Origin: Gnetum montanum
Taxonomy: Eukaryota > Plantae > Gnetophyta
NCBI GenBank assembly: GCA_015680685.1
Contig: MNCI01002855.1
Span: 251,524-315,523 of the forward strand
Direction of reading: 5' to 3'
DNA length: 64,000 nucleotides
The notes beneath the pieces were generated by a model. The model worked only from the letters and a program-made list of their open reading frames with translations. It was not told the origin of the DNA and ran no database searches. Positions 13,400-25,900 of this stretch are shown here, in pieces. Made by a program: the position numbers and the translations under genes. The stretch's first letter is position 1, and every line of letters starts with the position of its first letter.

Positions 13400-13620
13400 A
13401 GATGTTAACTAATGGTACAGGTCTTGGCCTTGTAACCCTAGGTCATAGGTTTAATTCTACTAGGTAGCACTTAGTTATAAATTTCTATAAATCTTGAGGT
13501 GTACCTATGTTTCAATTATTTTGGGTTCAAAGGTTAGAGGTTAAATTCTACTAGGTATCATTGGGTTACAAACTTCTATAAATCTTGGGGTGTACCTATG
13601 TTTCAATTATTCCATGTTCC
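13400..13620 (+). mobile_element. Possible tRNA-derived SINE remnant with a ~91-bp internal tandem duplication
   Basis: A-box-like taactaatggt and B-box-like ggtttaattc at tRNA spacing; two copies of aattctactaggta...ttctataaatcttg.ggtgtacctatgtttcaattatt. Confidence 0.4.
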
Positions 13621-13970
13621 CAACTCTATATTCATTTCAAAACATCTTAAATTGAGATGCATAAAATTATGTGGAAAAAGATTAGTGAAATTGAACTAAT
13701 TCAACAAATCTAAATCTTTAAATTAATAAAAACCAATTTCAAGTTCATAAAAAAAAGTATAACCTGCACTTTGGAATAGCATTTTTTGAAAATTCCTCGT
13801 ACATAAATCAAACGTCACAAAACTCCCGTCCTCACATTTTACTTTATCATCATCAGGATTCAGACAGGGTCCACCGATATCATTTTTCTACCCTTTGTAT
13901 TTCCAAATATGACAAACGATGTTTAAACCTTTGGTTTCTCCGCCTGTGAGACTGGTAGCGAGATACCGCC

Positions 13971-16900
13971 ATGGATTTGCTTCGACACAGATGCAACCTC
14001 AACTTCAACCTCCACCGCGGAGTTGGCTTCGGCGTCTTGAGTAGGAGGAGGCCAGCGCACTCGACGACGCGTTCAAATTCAACAGCAATAATGCTTAAGA
14101 TGCGATTTGCTTCTGCACTTTGGCGAATCTCTGCGTGTTACAGTCGAGATGATGCCCTTGCGGCGTCTGCATCCCAACGCAAAGAAATAGCACTTTTACT
14201 TGAAGTTGAAGGGTATTTGTCCGACCTCGAACAACCTATCATCTGCAATTCATTTGGATTTCTTTCGCTGAAACCTAATTTGCGCACATAGCTTGCTTGC
14301 TCGCAGTTTTTTTTTGCCCCGTCTGTTTCATTGAGCAATTAACGAAAAGAGGATCATCATTCTGCCAAGCCAAGCCTAACCTCTCTGAGTGAACCAGGTG
14401 CAAATCGACGTCTTCGAACTTCAAAAACAAGCACCTTTATTGTAACTTTAAATGACGGTCCCTAATTTACGGAGCAACTGTTTGTGAAAATGTTTGATTA
14501 ATATGGGAACACAGCTGGCGGCAGACATTGTCGTGTGTTTATTTGAAAATCAAAAATTGAATTTGTTTGAGGGGTTTTGGAACATCCCAGCCTCAATTTA
14601 TGAACAAATCCTGCGTTGAACATGCAGTATTAACAATCGGGTTTGATATTGAAATTTCCGTTGGCAGGTTGATTTTGTTGTTAAGTGATGAAAGGCGATG
14701 GATAGCATCGCATAAGTAAGCCTTATATATATTTCAATGTGCCGGCAGAATTTGGTTTCGCGGTCGATCTTCCTCAGAAATATCCTCTGTATATATATAG
14801 AATTGAAGTTTTAAGTCATGAATCAAGCTGAAGTATATATAGAATTGAAGTTTTAAGTCATGAATCAAGCTGAAGTTCTAACTCAGCGGTGAACAACATA
14901 TATGGAGTCTTATCCTATGAATTGAGCTAGACTTCAAGACGATAATGTTCTAACTCAACTGCTCATCATCTGTAAACAACATAAATATGAACGTTTGGAT
15001 ACATGTTTGGACTGATTCTTTTTTGAAAATACCAAAATAAAATTCAGCTTGATGAATATTTGAATTTACGATGCCTTGAAAGAGATCAATATGAAAAACC
15101 AAAAAATAGGAGTAGTTTCTGTATTTTAATAAATACTATAAATTGCAATTTCTTTTTTCAAATGTTATAATTGAAATTTTAATTAAAGAAGAATTTATTG
15201 TCTTCTTATTGATTTTAAGTTTTCTCACCGGTTGTTTTCATATACCCGGATATCTAACATTAATTTAAGCAGAAAAAAGATATCGTTATGATTAAGACCG
15301 TGATGCTTCAAAGCTTAATTATGTCAGCATTGGACAAAGTTCACCAAGATTTTTGTTGTGTGTTCACTATCTTTGGAGCAGTTTCCTCCTCTGATTATTT
15401 TATTAATGGAATAGTCTTTACTTCTTCTTCCTCTTTCTTTTTCAATGCATTGTTTTGATATTGCGTAGTTTATTTTCTACTTTTTCTATACGCTGATTTT
15501 AATGTTTCAAGATTTTGTTCAGATTCTTCAAAATTTTAGGCTGAAAATTCTTCTGGTTCAGTGTCCTCGCAGATATTTCTCGCTCAGGGCAACCTGAATC
15601 TTTTAATGTAGGTGGGGACTGCTGTTTTTTAGGGTATCAATATTTGAACTTTTCATCATTCTGTAATATGAAATAGATGTCTGAATGCAAGTTTGTGTAC
15701 ATGAAACGATGCATGTTTTTAAATATTTTATAAATCTTTACAATATTTATTGTTCATTTTATTCAACAGCATTCCAGAAGTTTGGATTGGACTGTGCAAA
15801 TTGGACGGAGCCAGTTTTTATGGATTTAGTCAGGTTTAGCAATAAACTCTATTCATTTTGAGTGTCCAATATTACATTGCTTGTTTAAAATGAGATGAAA
15901 ATATCAAGGGATATCCTCTGTGATTTTTTTCATCTTTTTGAATTTATTTAGCAAACACATGCTGTTGAGACTACATCTTAGTAGTTAGGTATTTAGTTTC
16001 ATTGGATGGATTCATTCCACCAAAGGACTATTAATTTTTCTTATGTCATATTTCATGGAAACATATATGTTTTAAGGTGTATGGTGGCTTGTAATTATGC
16101 AAGGTTTTCATATATTCTTATTTATAGGAAAACAGGAGGTGACGAGGAAAGGATGCTAAAACTTTTCTTTGACAAGGTATGACCTTATTTATAAAATTGC
16201 TTTTGGCTTTCAATATAAAAATTTCCTTTGCATTATCGTTTGCAACATATTGACGTTCAATTTTCATAAGTGATTTTTTTCAACTCCAACTTCCCACATG
16301 GTCATTTGAAATACAGGTTTTACTACCTGTACATTTGTCATTTTGGAGTGAACTATTGATGGCCAGCATGGATCCTTGTTTATACCCTTTTATCAGTATC
16401 CTTGAGTCCTTATCTTATGTTCTATTGAGCTTTCAGGGTAATCAGGGTACCTAGTAAAAATTATCGTGTTATGCATTTAATTTTAGATAATTGACACTGT
16501 GCAAAGAGGCGAACGTTGACTGGATGGTTAAGAGTGTTCTGCCTATAGCCATTAGGGTCAAGGCACAAGTCCACATGCGCTGCATGACAGCATGGTAAAA
16601 GTGTATGTTTAGGTTGGTATCAAGTAGAGGCACAGCCATAAAAGTTACGATCATATCTTCCATCTAGCCTAACAATTTACATCATGCCATGGATAAAGAC
16701 GTGTTCAACAGTCTACTAACAAAGTAAATAGGAACAAATAGCATATCATGAATTTTCTTATCATTATGCCAAGGCATTGCAGCAGAAGCTGAAAAAGGAA
16801 AAAACTTGTGCAAGAATATGTCTTTAGTAAATGGAGGACCCACAGTACAAATAACAGAGAGTGTGTGCTTAGTGCATGACAGTGGTTATTTAAATAGATT

Positions 16901-19900
16901 AAAAGCATTAAATTGCCAAATAGATGAAAGATCATGGTACAAAACATCAAATTGCTACCAAGAAAGAACACAATAACTTCTTTCCTTTCTTAGATGTTAA
17001 CATTAACAAGATCATGGATAATAATAATAATATGAGTATCTCTTGTGGAATCTATAGAAAGAAAACACATTCAGGCAGATGCTTGGATGCTAATTCCCAG
17101 AACATAGGAGTTTTAAGAACCTTGTTTTAGAGCCTTTACAGTTTGTATTATAAAAACTTTAAAAGAAGAATCTAAACATTTCAATCATGTCTTTAAACAT
17201 AACAGTTATAACTCTAAAACCATTGAAAATGCTTGAAATGATAGCATTAATAATTGACTTGCTAAAAGAATATCTCAAAGATTATATTTATGATAAAAAA
17301 AATCAGTTGAAAATTTAATTAAGAATGAAGAAAATTATAAACTAGAATGATTATGAAGAAAAAAAAACATTAAAATTATATTTCAACCTATCAATAAAAT
17401 TAATATGCACAAGAAAGACAAATTAGAAAGTCTTAAATTTAAAGGAGTTTATCAACTAGAATGTTCTTGTGGAAAAGTATACATTGGGAAAAGTGGAAGA
17501 AGCATTCTTACCAGACTAAAAGAACATAAAGGAGACATAAAACATAACAGAATTGAAAAACCCTACTGCTAGAACATGTTGACAATTGCTTAACAGATGA
17601 AATTAGACACACATGATAACTAGAGAAATGCAAGGTCCTAACTAATATAGAAAATTATCTAGAGAGAAAAATTAGAGAATCCATAGAGATTAGGCTACCT
17701 TTGAATAATGTGAATAGAGATTGAGGCTTAGAGATTAATGAAGGATGGTGGTCTGTCATAATCAAAAAATTCAAAATCATGAATAATAGAAGATTATATA
17801 ACTGGTTCCCTTAGATAGTTTTGTTTATGAGGTCATGAGTTCTATCTCCAACAATATCCAACTTGTTAAATTTCAAACATTAAAATTAATTAATAATCGT
17901 AATCCTAAAGCATTAACCAATTATTCTTTTTAATGCAGTAATCATAATAACAGCAAAAACGCAATCAATAATTATATAACAATAAAAATGAAAGTTATCT
18001 GACTTTCTTAAATACACTAATAATAGTATGGCTGTTTGACCTTTGCAAGGTTACATAAAAATAACCATGTTCTTTCTTATTATTTAGTACCAGTGATGAT
18101 GTATCTAAAGAGGATTTAAAACTAGTATAAAGCAGAAATTCTCATCACTAAAGTTTGTATATTTTTTGAGATGGCAAACTGTGGACAACTTTCTACCATA
18201 AATAACTTGATAAAAGGGGAGTGGATGATGTTTAGTGGATATTTTAATAGCAATGCTTGCAAGAATGACAAGCATATTCTTTAGTTAAGATCAGTATTTT
18301 ATAATTTCAAAATCTTCACAGGATTTGGCATAAGATTGGAGAGGGTTTGGTGGACATGGTATGCAAATAACATTTACCATGCTTTATTCATACATGTGAT
18401 CTTTCAATTTGGAAGGAAAGAAATAACTGAATTTTAAAGGGTACCACAGGTAGCCTAGAGATGGTATGATGATTAGTTTGAAAATGCTGGACAGAAAATG
18501 TATGCTATAGAATGAGATTCCCCTTCTCAAGTTGCCAAAACCAATAGGATTTAAAACACTGTAAATCAAGTTTAGCAATGGCTTGGTATCATTAAGGTGA
18601 GAATTTTCAATTTTATTGTTTCTCTAAAAGTGATTGATTACGTAGCATTCAAGAAGGAGACATTTAAGAAGAATCAAATTCTTGATAGGTCAATAAATTT
18701 TCCTTCATTGACATGAACACAACCTTATCTAAAAGGAAAAATGGGAAAACTGCTGGACCAGATAGCATTTCTAAACAAGCTTGGAAGGCAAACGGAGATA
18801 AAGGAGTTACATGGCTAATAAAATTATTTAACAGAATTTTCAAAGATGAAGAAATGCCTAAAATTGGATAAAAAAACACTGTTGTTCCCATCTACAATAA
18901 TAAAGGAGATGTACAAAATCATGCAAATTATAAAGGGTCATCTTCCACTTTTTGAGTGGTTGCACCTAACTGAAACCCAGGGCTTACAACTTGAGCGACA
19001 AGCACCTTACTATCACTCCAAATGATGACCCCTGGAAATTATAGAGGAATTAAATTATATATGCTTTGTGTTGGTATAGTTTTGATGTTTGGTAGTTAAT
19101 TAGGTATTCACTGATAATCACCACGTTGTTTCAAAATTTCTTTTTCAAGGTAATTTGTAATATACATGCTTACTTTCAGATTGGATGGCCAGCATCACTT
19201 CCAACCAGTGAGAAGGAGGCATTCATAAAAAATATTATATTGAAAAAGGTGGCAGTTTAAAAATGTCGATTGTTATTTTTGTTGGATTCTAAATGAACAA
19301 AATTCAAACTCTTCATCTGTGGCATGGCAGCAACTTGCTTTTGAAGAGTTAATTAAAACGGGCAATTTCTCTCTCCGCCCTGGGGTTGAAATGTAAGTAT
19401 TAATGAACCTTCTGTTCTGTGTCACTTATTCACATGGCTTTGTTCATATCTGTTTGTAACATCACACATAGTTTTTGTGAGAATATTACATTTATTGTTT
19501 TTTAATCATTCTTTACAAGCACTGTTCTTTTTATCATTTTCCTTTTTATTGCTTAATGATAAAAAGTTCAATTTCTGCATGAGCTTCCAGTTGAGTCACA
19601 TGTAATATGACTTGCATATGGACAAGGTGTCATGGGAATAATATCTTTTCTTTTGGCATATCTTTTACTTTTATACATGGTTTATCCGACACATAATAAA
19701 CAACGTGCCATAGATTTTGTGAAGTACTTCTGACGTACTCATCTATCAATCAATTATCAATGTTTAGGATGATCTGTATGCTACATTTGCTCAGTAATGG
19801 CTCTATAATCCTTGAGTGAGCGATAAGATGAAACTTAGAAGTGCTCAGAGGTTACCACCTGGAGCTAATTTTGCTAATGATTTTTTGTTGGCTTGGCAAC

Positions 19901-22900
19901 ATCATTATAGAGGACAAGAAAGCAAGGTCAAGAAGCCTGACATTAGTGTAGGTTGCAGGTTTGGCTCTTTAGAGAGATGCTGCAAAACTTCAGAAGAATT
20001 ATAAGTGGAACAATGTTATTTAGTTATATTTCCAGAAGAGGAATATGGATGGTAGTTTATAGGTTGTTTTGTTTGTTTCCTCTTTAAATGGAATTATCCT
20101 TTTGTGACCAGCCCACTATAGATCTAGGATGTTCATTTGATTAAAAAAAAAAAAAAACAGATGAAACCTGGAAAGATTACTCCCAGGTTGAGTTTCATGA
20201 AACCAAAGAGAATTGAGAAGTAAAAAGTCATTTATATGAACAGCTGATGAGGTTGCACACATGAGTGAAAAGATCCAAGTATTAGTTAATCTCATTTTGA
20301 AATGACTCAGTATGCATGTATTTTTGGGCATGATCACCTTCATGTGTACGTGCTTTCCTTCAGGTTTGGTGAGAGAATGCTCTGGAAATGAATATGGACA
20401 AGCTGTAACATGGTTGAGATAGTATAACCAAATCTCAAAAATGATGTTCCAAAAGAAGTATTCTGGTGGTGGTTGGGCAAGAATCAAGCTGATTACCTGA
20501 TACCAACTGATTTTTTATTGCTACTTGATCTCGAAACAAGAGTTTTCCACTGATATTGTTTTCACATGTTGCAGGATAGATGATTTTAAGTCAGGTATGA
20601 AGTAATTCAAATAATGAAATTGATCCTCAGTTCCCTTATCTATCTTTCAATGAAGTTTCAAATTATTTCTTCTCTTCTCTTCTCTTCTAGATGCCAAAGC
20701 AATGCTTCTCTGAACACTTTTTGATCCTTATGTTAAATACTCATATACATAGCTGCTAGAACCTACAGGTACAGAGTTTAAAACCTTGTGTCATAAAACT
20801 GCCCGATATAGACCCAACCACAAAATCAACTGGGGAATACTTCTTTTACTGTGCTTTGTGACCTGGGATAGCAGGTGTTTCCTCTTATAAAAAATAAAAA
20901 TAAAAATAAGAATAAATTAAAAAATGAAAGTCAACCTTCTAAACGTTCTCTTTCTTATGTATTACATAACTGTTGTCAATCTTGGCCATCTTCTACACCT
21001 ACAATGTGCATCAAGTTTTTCTAATCTTTCCTAGCTAACAGTTTATCTTTTTCTTTGTTATATTTAGTGTTTTCTCACATCCCATTGCACTGAATTTGAT
21101 CTTCTGAAAATTACCATAAGTATGTTTATTGATTAGAACAGAGCAGTACCAATATAGACTTTAAGAAGGGATTGCCATCTATAAAATAGTGGAATCTAAA
21201 AGAAGAAAAAAGTATAAGTATTTAAGGATAGATTGCTCACTGAATGAAACTGGGATTTAAACTTAATTGTGAATGATGGAGTTAGATGAAAAGGTGTATC
21301 AATAAGATAGGGAAGAATAAATTCATAGTGTGACTTAGGAAAGGATGGGAGTGCACCCATAGATGAAAAGATTAAGGAAAGTCATCTAAGATGGTTTGGT
21401 CATGTGTGAAGGAAACCAAAAAATGCTCTTGTTAGAAGAGGTAACTTTATTAAAGTTGAGGGGAGCCAACAAAGAGGTAGGCCAAAACATACATCATTTG
21501 CTAGCATAAAAAAGACATCCAAGATTTGGGTATTATGCTTTTTTGGCTTTTAATTGAAGTAAATGGTGTAAAAGAACTTGTATAGCTGACCCCATGTAGT
21601 TGGCATAAGGCTAGGAAGATGCTGACAATTCTTATAGATTATAGATGCTGCTTTACAGGCAGCAATGCTTGTCAATTTTTTATGGTCAATTCAGCAAGTG
21701 ATGAAACATTATTTTCATAGCTGTTTATAGTTTGTTTTTTCATAGATTAAAGGGTTATGTAATAAACCCTTGATAATAATTGTTGGTAAGTCTTTAAAAT
21801 CCAAATTAGTTTCTAGCAATGCAAAAATTTTGTTATTAATAAACTATCACTTCTACCTGTTCAAAGAAAAAGGAGATAAATATTTATCTGTAAATATGGA
21901 CGATGAGCTTAATGAGACACAAGCTCAAAATTTTCATAATGTCCATGTTGAGACCTTAAGAATTTTAATCATATCTTTTACATTTTTTTTCTGTTAGTGT
22001 ATTGTATATCAGTATAAATTCAGAATAAATTATTGATTGAGATTGTAACCTGTAAGAAGCAAGATACAAGTCTTGCCAGTAAGGTAATGTACATTTTTCT
22101 TGTTTGATTGATTGCTTCAAAATATCCAAGGAACAAAAGGATATAATGATGGAGATCCATACTAAAAGGATCAGTTGGTAGGCTTTACTTAATGGCTAGA
22201 GCATGTCACTTATAATCATTCTGTTATAGTTTCAATTCACGTGCTGCCTGGGAGCATTGTAAAATATATGTATAGTTGGTGTCAGATTGACAGCTATCCA
22301 TGAAATGATCATTGAATAATCAGACTACCTTAATGATTCATGGTGCTGTCGAGGATGTAATAATTCCACTCTAATTCCTTGAAGGAAGGAATGGTCACAT
22401 ATCAATGCCCCTAGGGGATGTGATGAATCTATAACTAGATTTTTTTTATCAATTCCAACCCTAATTGAAGTACATACACCAACCTTACATTTTATAAATA
22501 ATCCACAATTTCTTAGGGGAAGAACAGTTGACGTATATAAAGTGCATTGCTAAGTTTGATGGTTTTTGTAGGTGGGTCCTATTTTGCGGTTACCAACAAA
22601 CCCTAACCCTAAAATAGCCTATAACAAGGTACTTCCTTTCTTTATGTATGATGTAGTAAGTCGAATGTATTTCTTTTGAGTTGTTTCTCTTGTGGTAGCT
22701 TGAACATTCACATCTTAAAGCTTTCGTTAAAAAGGAATATGGATGCAGCATCAAGACACTATGAATAGACAATGGAGGGAAGTACGTCTCCAAAGAATTA
22801 AAAAGCTTTTTGAAGGAAGGTATCAAATATGAGATCACAATGCCATGGATACCACAGTAGGATGGTGTGCACATAATGCTTCTTGATATGCTTAGATTAA

Positions 22901-25900
22901 TGCTAATGTACAAGAAGATACCTGCGTGTTTGTGGGGAGAAGCATTGGACACAATAGTACAAATTGTGAACAATCTCATATGAAAACATTGAAAAGCACC
23001 CAATGAAATATGGACAAGAAGTGTTCCTAGTATGAAAAGATTCAAAATTTCTGGTTTACACTACTATGCATTCATCTTGCTTGAGCATTGGAAGAAACTA
23101 CAACTACGTGTACAACTAGGACTCTTTTGTCAAGTATGACACAAACTTAAAAGGGCCATATGGTGTTTTTTTGTAACAATAATAGTGGATTGTGATTTTC
23201 ACAAGACATCATCTTTGAAGAGATAGACAGCGAGCTCATAATATTGGATTATAGAGCCAAAGCCAATCCCTTGAAGCATGATAACTAAACTTTGGGTAGC
23301 ATACATGTAGAGATTACAGTTTTTTTCTTTAAATGGCCTTTTAAATGCAATGACTCAATCACAAATCTTGAAATTTACAAAAAGGTGGTTACACTAGTTG
23401 TCAATGAAATAACAAATTGTATTAGGAAGATAACATGGTCAACAAGAAGTGCTACCTTCACAAGCTTAATAGCTAGAATGATAGCGGTAGGAATCTTATT
23501 CTAATTCTAACGGAAAGGGCAACGTAGATATATCTTAAAATGTTGCAGGTAGGGAATGTTGTGAAGCTTGTTAGCTTTTGAAGGATCTCAAGCTGGTAAA
23601 AGTAGGCAAGATAAGCATTGTAGTTAGAGTGCAACTCATCAAGTGAAGTTTGAATAGTGAAAAGATTAGCTGGGACCAAGCGGCAGCTCACTGAATGACT
23701 GGCTACCTGGTAGAACCATGGCCATTTGGACCATCACAGTAAGTTTCTAGGATGCATTTGCATTTTGCATGGGTTTTCCTGCAGGCACTTTGGTTTCCCA
23801 AAAAAAGGAAAAATTTAATTTCATGTCACGTAGTTGTACTTCCAAAACTATCTAAACTCATGGTTGGTGTTGACGTGTATAAGTGCATCACTAAGCTTGG
23901 CAGTTTTAGTGGACGGGTTCTATTCTGCAGTTACCAAAAAAATTAACCCTAAAATATTCTATGAAAGTGTGCTTCTTGTTTCCACGTATGATTTTCTAGA
24001 TGAATTAGTTGAATGCATTTCTTTTGAGTTATATTGCATTTTATACACGAACATTTCTTCATTATTTCTCTCATGTTAGCTTTAGGCATTCTCATCATGA
24101 AGGCTAGCAAAGACATCAATCTCAAATAGAAGCAATAATAATAGAAAACCAAAATTTGCAAGTAAAATCAACATGTTCAAGAGTACAAATTACACCTTTA
24201 CATTTGGATGCCTACAAGTGTCTTACAAGTTCTCCATAATTAACAATATTAAACTTGTTGCTTACAAAGGCTTACAAGGCAATGCCTCAAAAACTTTAGA
24301 AAGATTGCAACAGGCTGACTCCAATGCTTTCTCTAATCACCAATTTCTGTTCACATTACCAAATGTTCCTTGCACACATTGAAAAATTTTATAGAAACTG
24401 TGAGCCTAAGCCCAGTAAGAAGTGAAGCCTTCCCTGACTGCAAGGGATAACAACATTTGAAGTCAGGCTAGCAACAATAATTAAGTCATGGAAATACCTG
24501 AAAATAATTTGATATCATAATCTTGCAAATCTATAAGATTCTATTGGCAACAACTGTTTATACTTTTACTGAGAGGGTGCAACAAACCAAGCTAAATCCA
24601 ATATAAGTTTGCGAGTACACCATAACCTTCAAGAAGGTTCTAAAGGTCGGAATATTTATATACTTCCACTATTCAATCTTTGAGTTGCCAATTTTCTTTC
24701 TGATTTCATTCTTTGTTGCCATCCAGTTTGTATACCATATATATATATCCACGAACTCGGAACTTTCAAACATAAACCAACATGAAAATCAGTCATAACA
24801 AGTATGCAACCAAAGTTAAGAAATCTTCTTTAATGAAATGAATTCTAATCTTCTTAGAATACAAGAGCAGCTGGCTGTAGACCTGCAAGGACAACTAGTC
24901 TAAATGAATTATTATAATGTATAATTAAGGTTTTAAAATGCCGGAAATACTGAAACTGAGCCTGAAATTGTATGTTCATAAATGTTCTAACTGAAATTTT
25001 ACATTCATAAATGTTCTAAATAATGCTACTTTGATTTTTTTCCCACCTTGAATGTTGGTCTCCCCCATTTGGCTTGATTTGTGTTCCTGAACCATGCCAA
25101 TTTTGAGAACTTGATGGCAGCATTGATTTCAAGGATGCACACAAGGGTTTTTTAACTAGTTTTGTTTTATTGTAAATACCGTTCAGGTTTGTGGACGAAG
25201 CTCTTGAGATTGGAATACCAGTGATAATTATAGGTTCTTATGCTCGAAATGGTGAAACAATTTCAAGGTTTGGTTTTCTAAGTCTTTACTGCAGATTAAT
25301 GAGACTATTATAAAAATATGCAGTATTGTTTTGACATTGCTTCATCTTTCATGCTTTTGGATATATCTCTATTTACCTCTATTTTCATGAAAGTTCAGTC
25401 TGAAGCATGTCTAAATAATGTGTCATTTAAGTTTTATTTATAGCAGTTTCATTTGAACGTACAAATGGGGTAAATGATGATTGAATTAACTTGCAACCGT
25501 TCTTATTGCTTGAAATGTCACCTATTTGTGATCTCTGTAAAACAAAGCAGAGGTTTACTTGGGCTTAAACTTGACATAGCAAAGCTTCTAATCATGTTCA
25601 ATGGATATTTTTGGATGTCATATTACAAAAATTTGGATTTCCTAATCATTGGTGGTCAATGCTTAAAGAATGGCATACCACTGCTTCATGTTTAGTGTTC
25701 CTTAATGGGGAAGAGTAAGAAAGATTTTATAGCAACAATGGGCTAAGACAAGGAGATCCGATATTGCCTTTTTTTTATTATGCTGGTTGAAGCTTTAGAA
25801 TGCTTGATTCAATAAAAAGCTAAAAATAGAAAAATTAAAGGAACCCTAACAACTTATGGTTTACTTAATTTTACACATGCAATTTGTTAATGACACTTTA

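Noticed and set aside
20363-20596. Exon-like pieces with good splice sites in intron 6
   Set aside because: All frames stop early, no recognisable homology, and the host gene model is complete without them.
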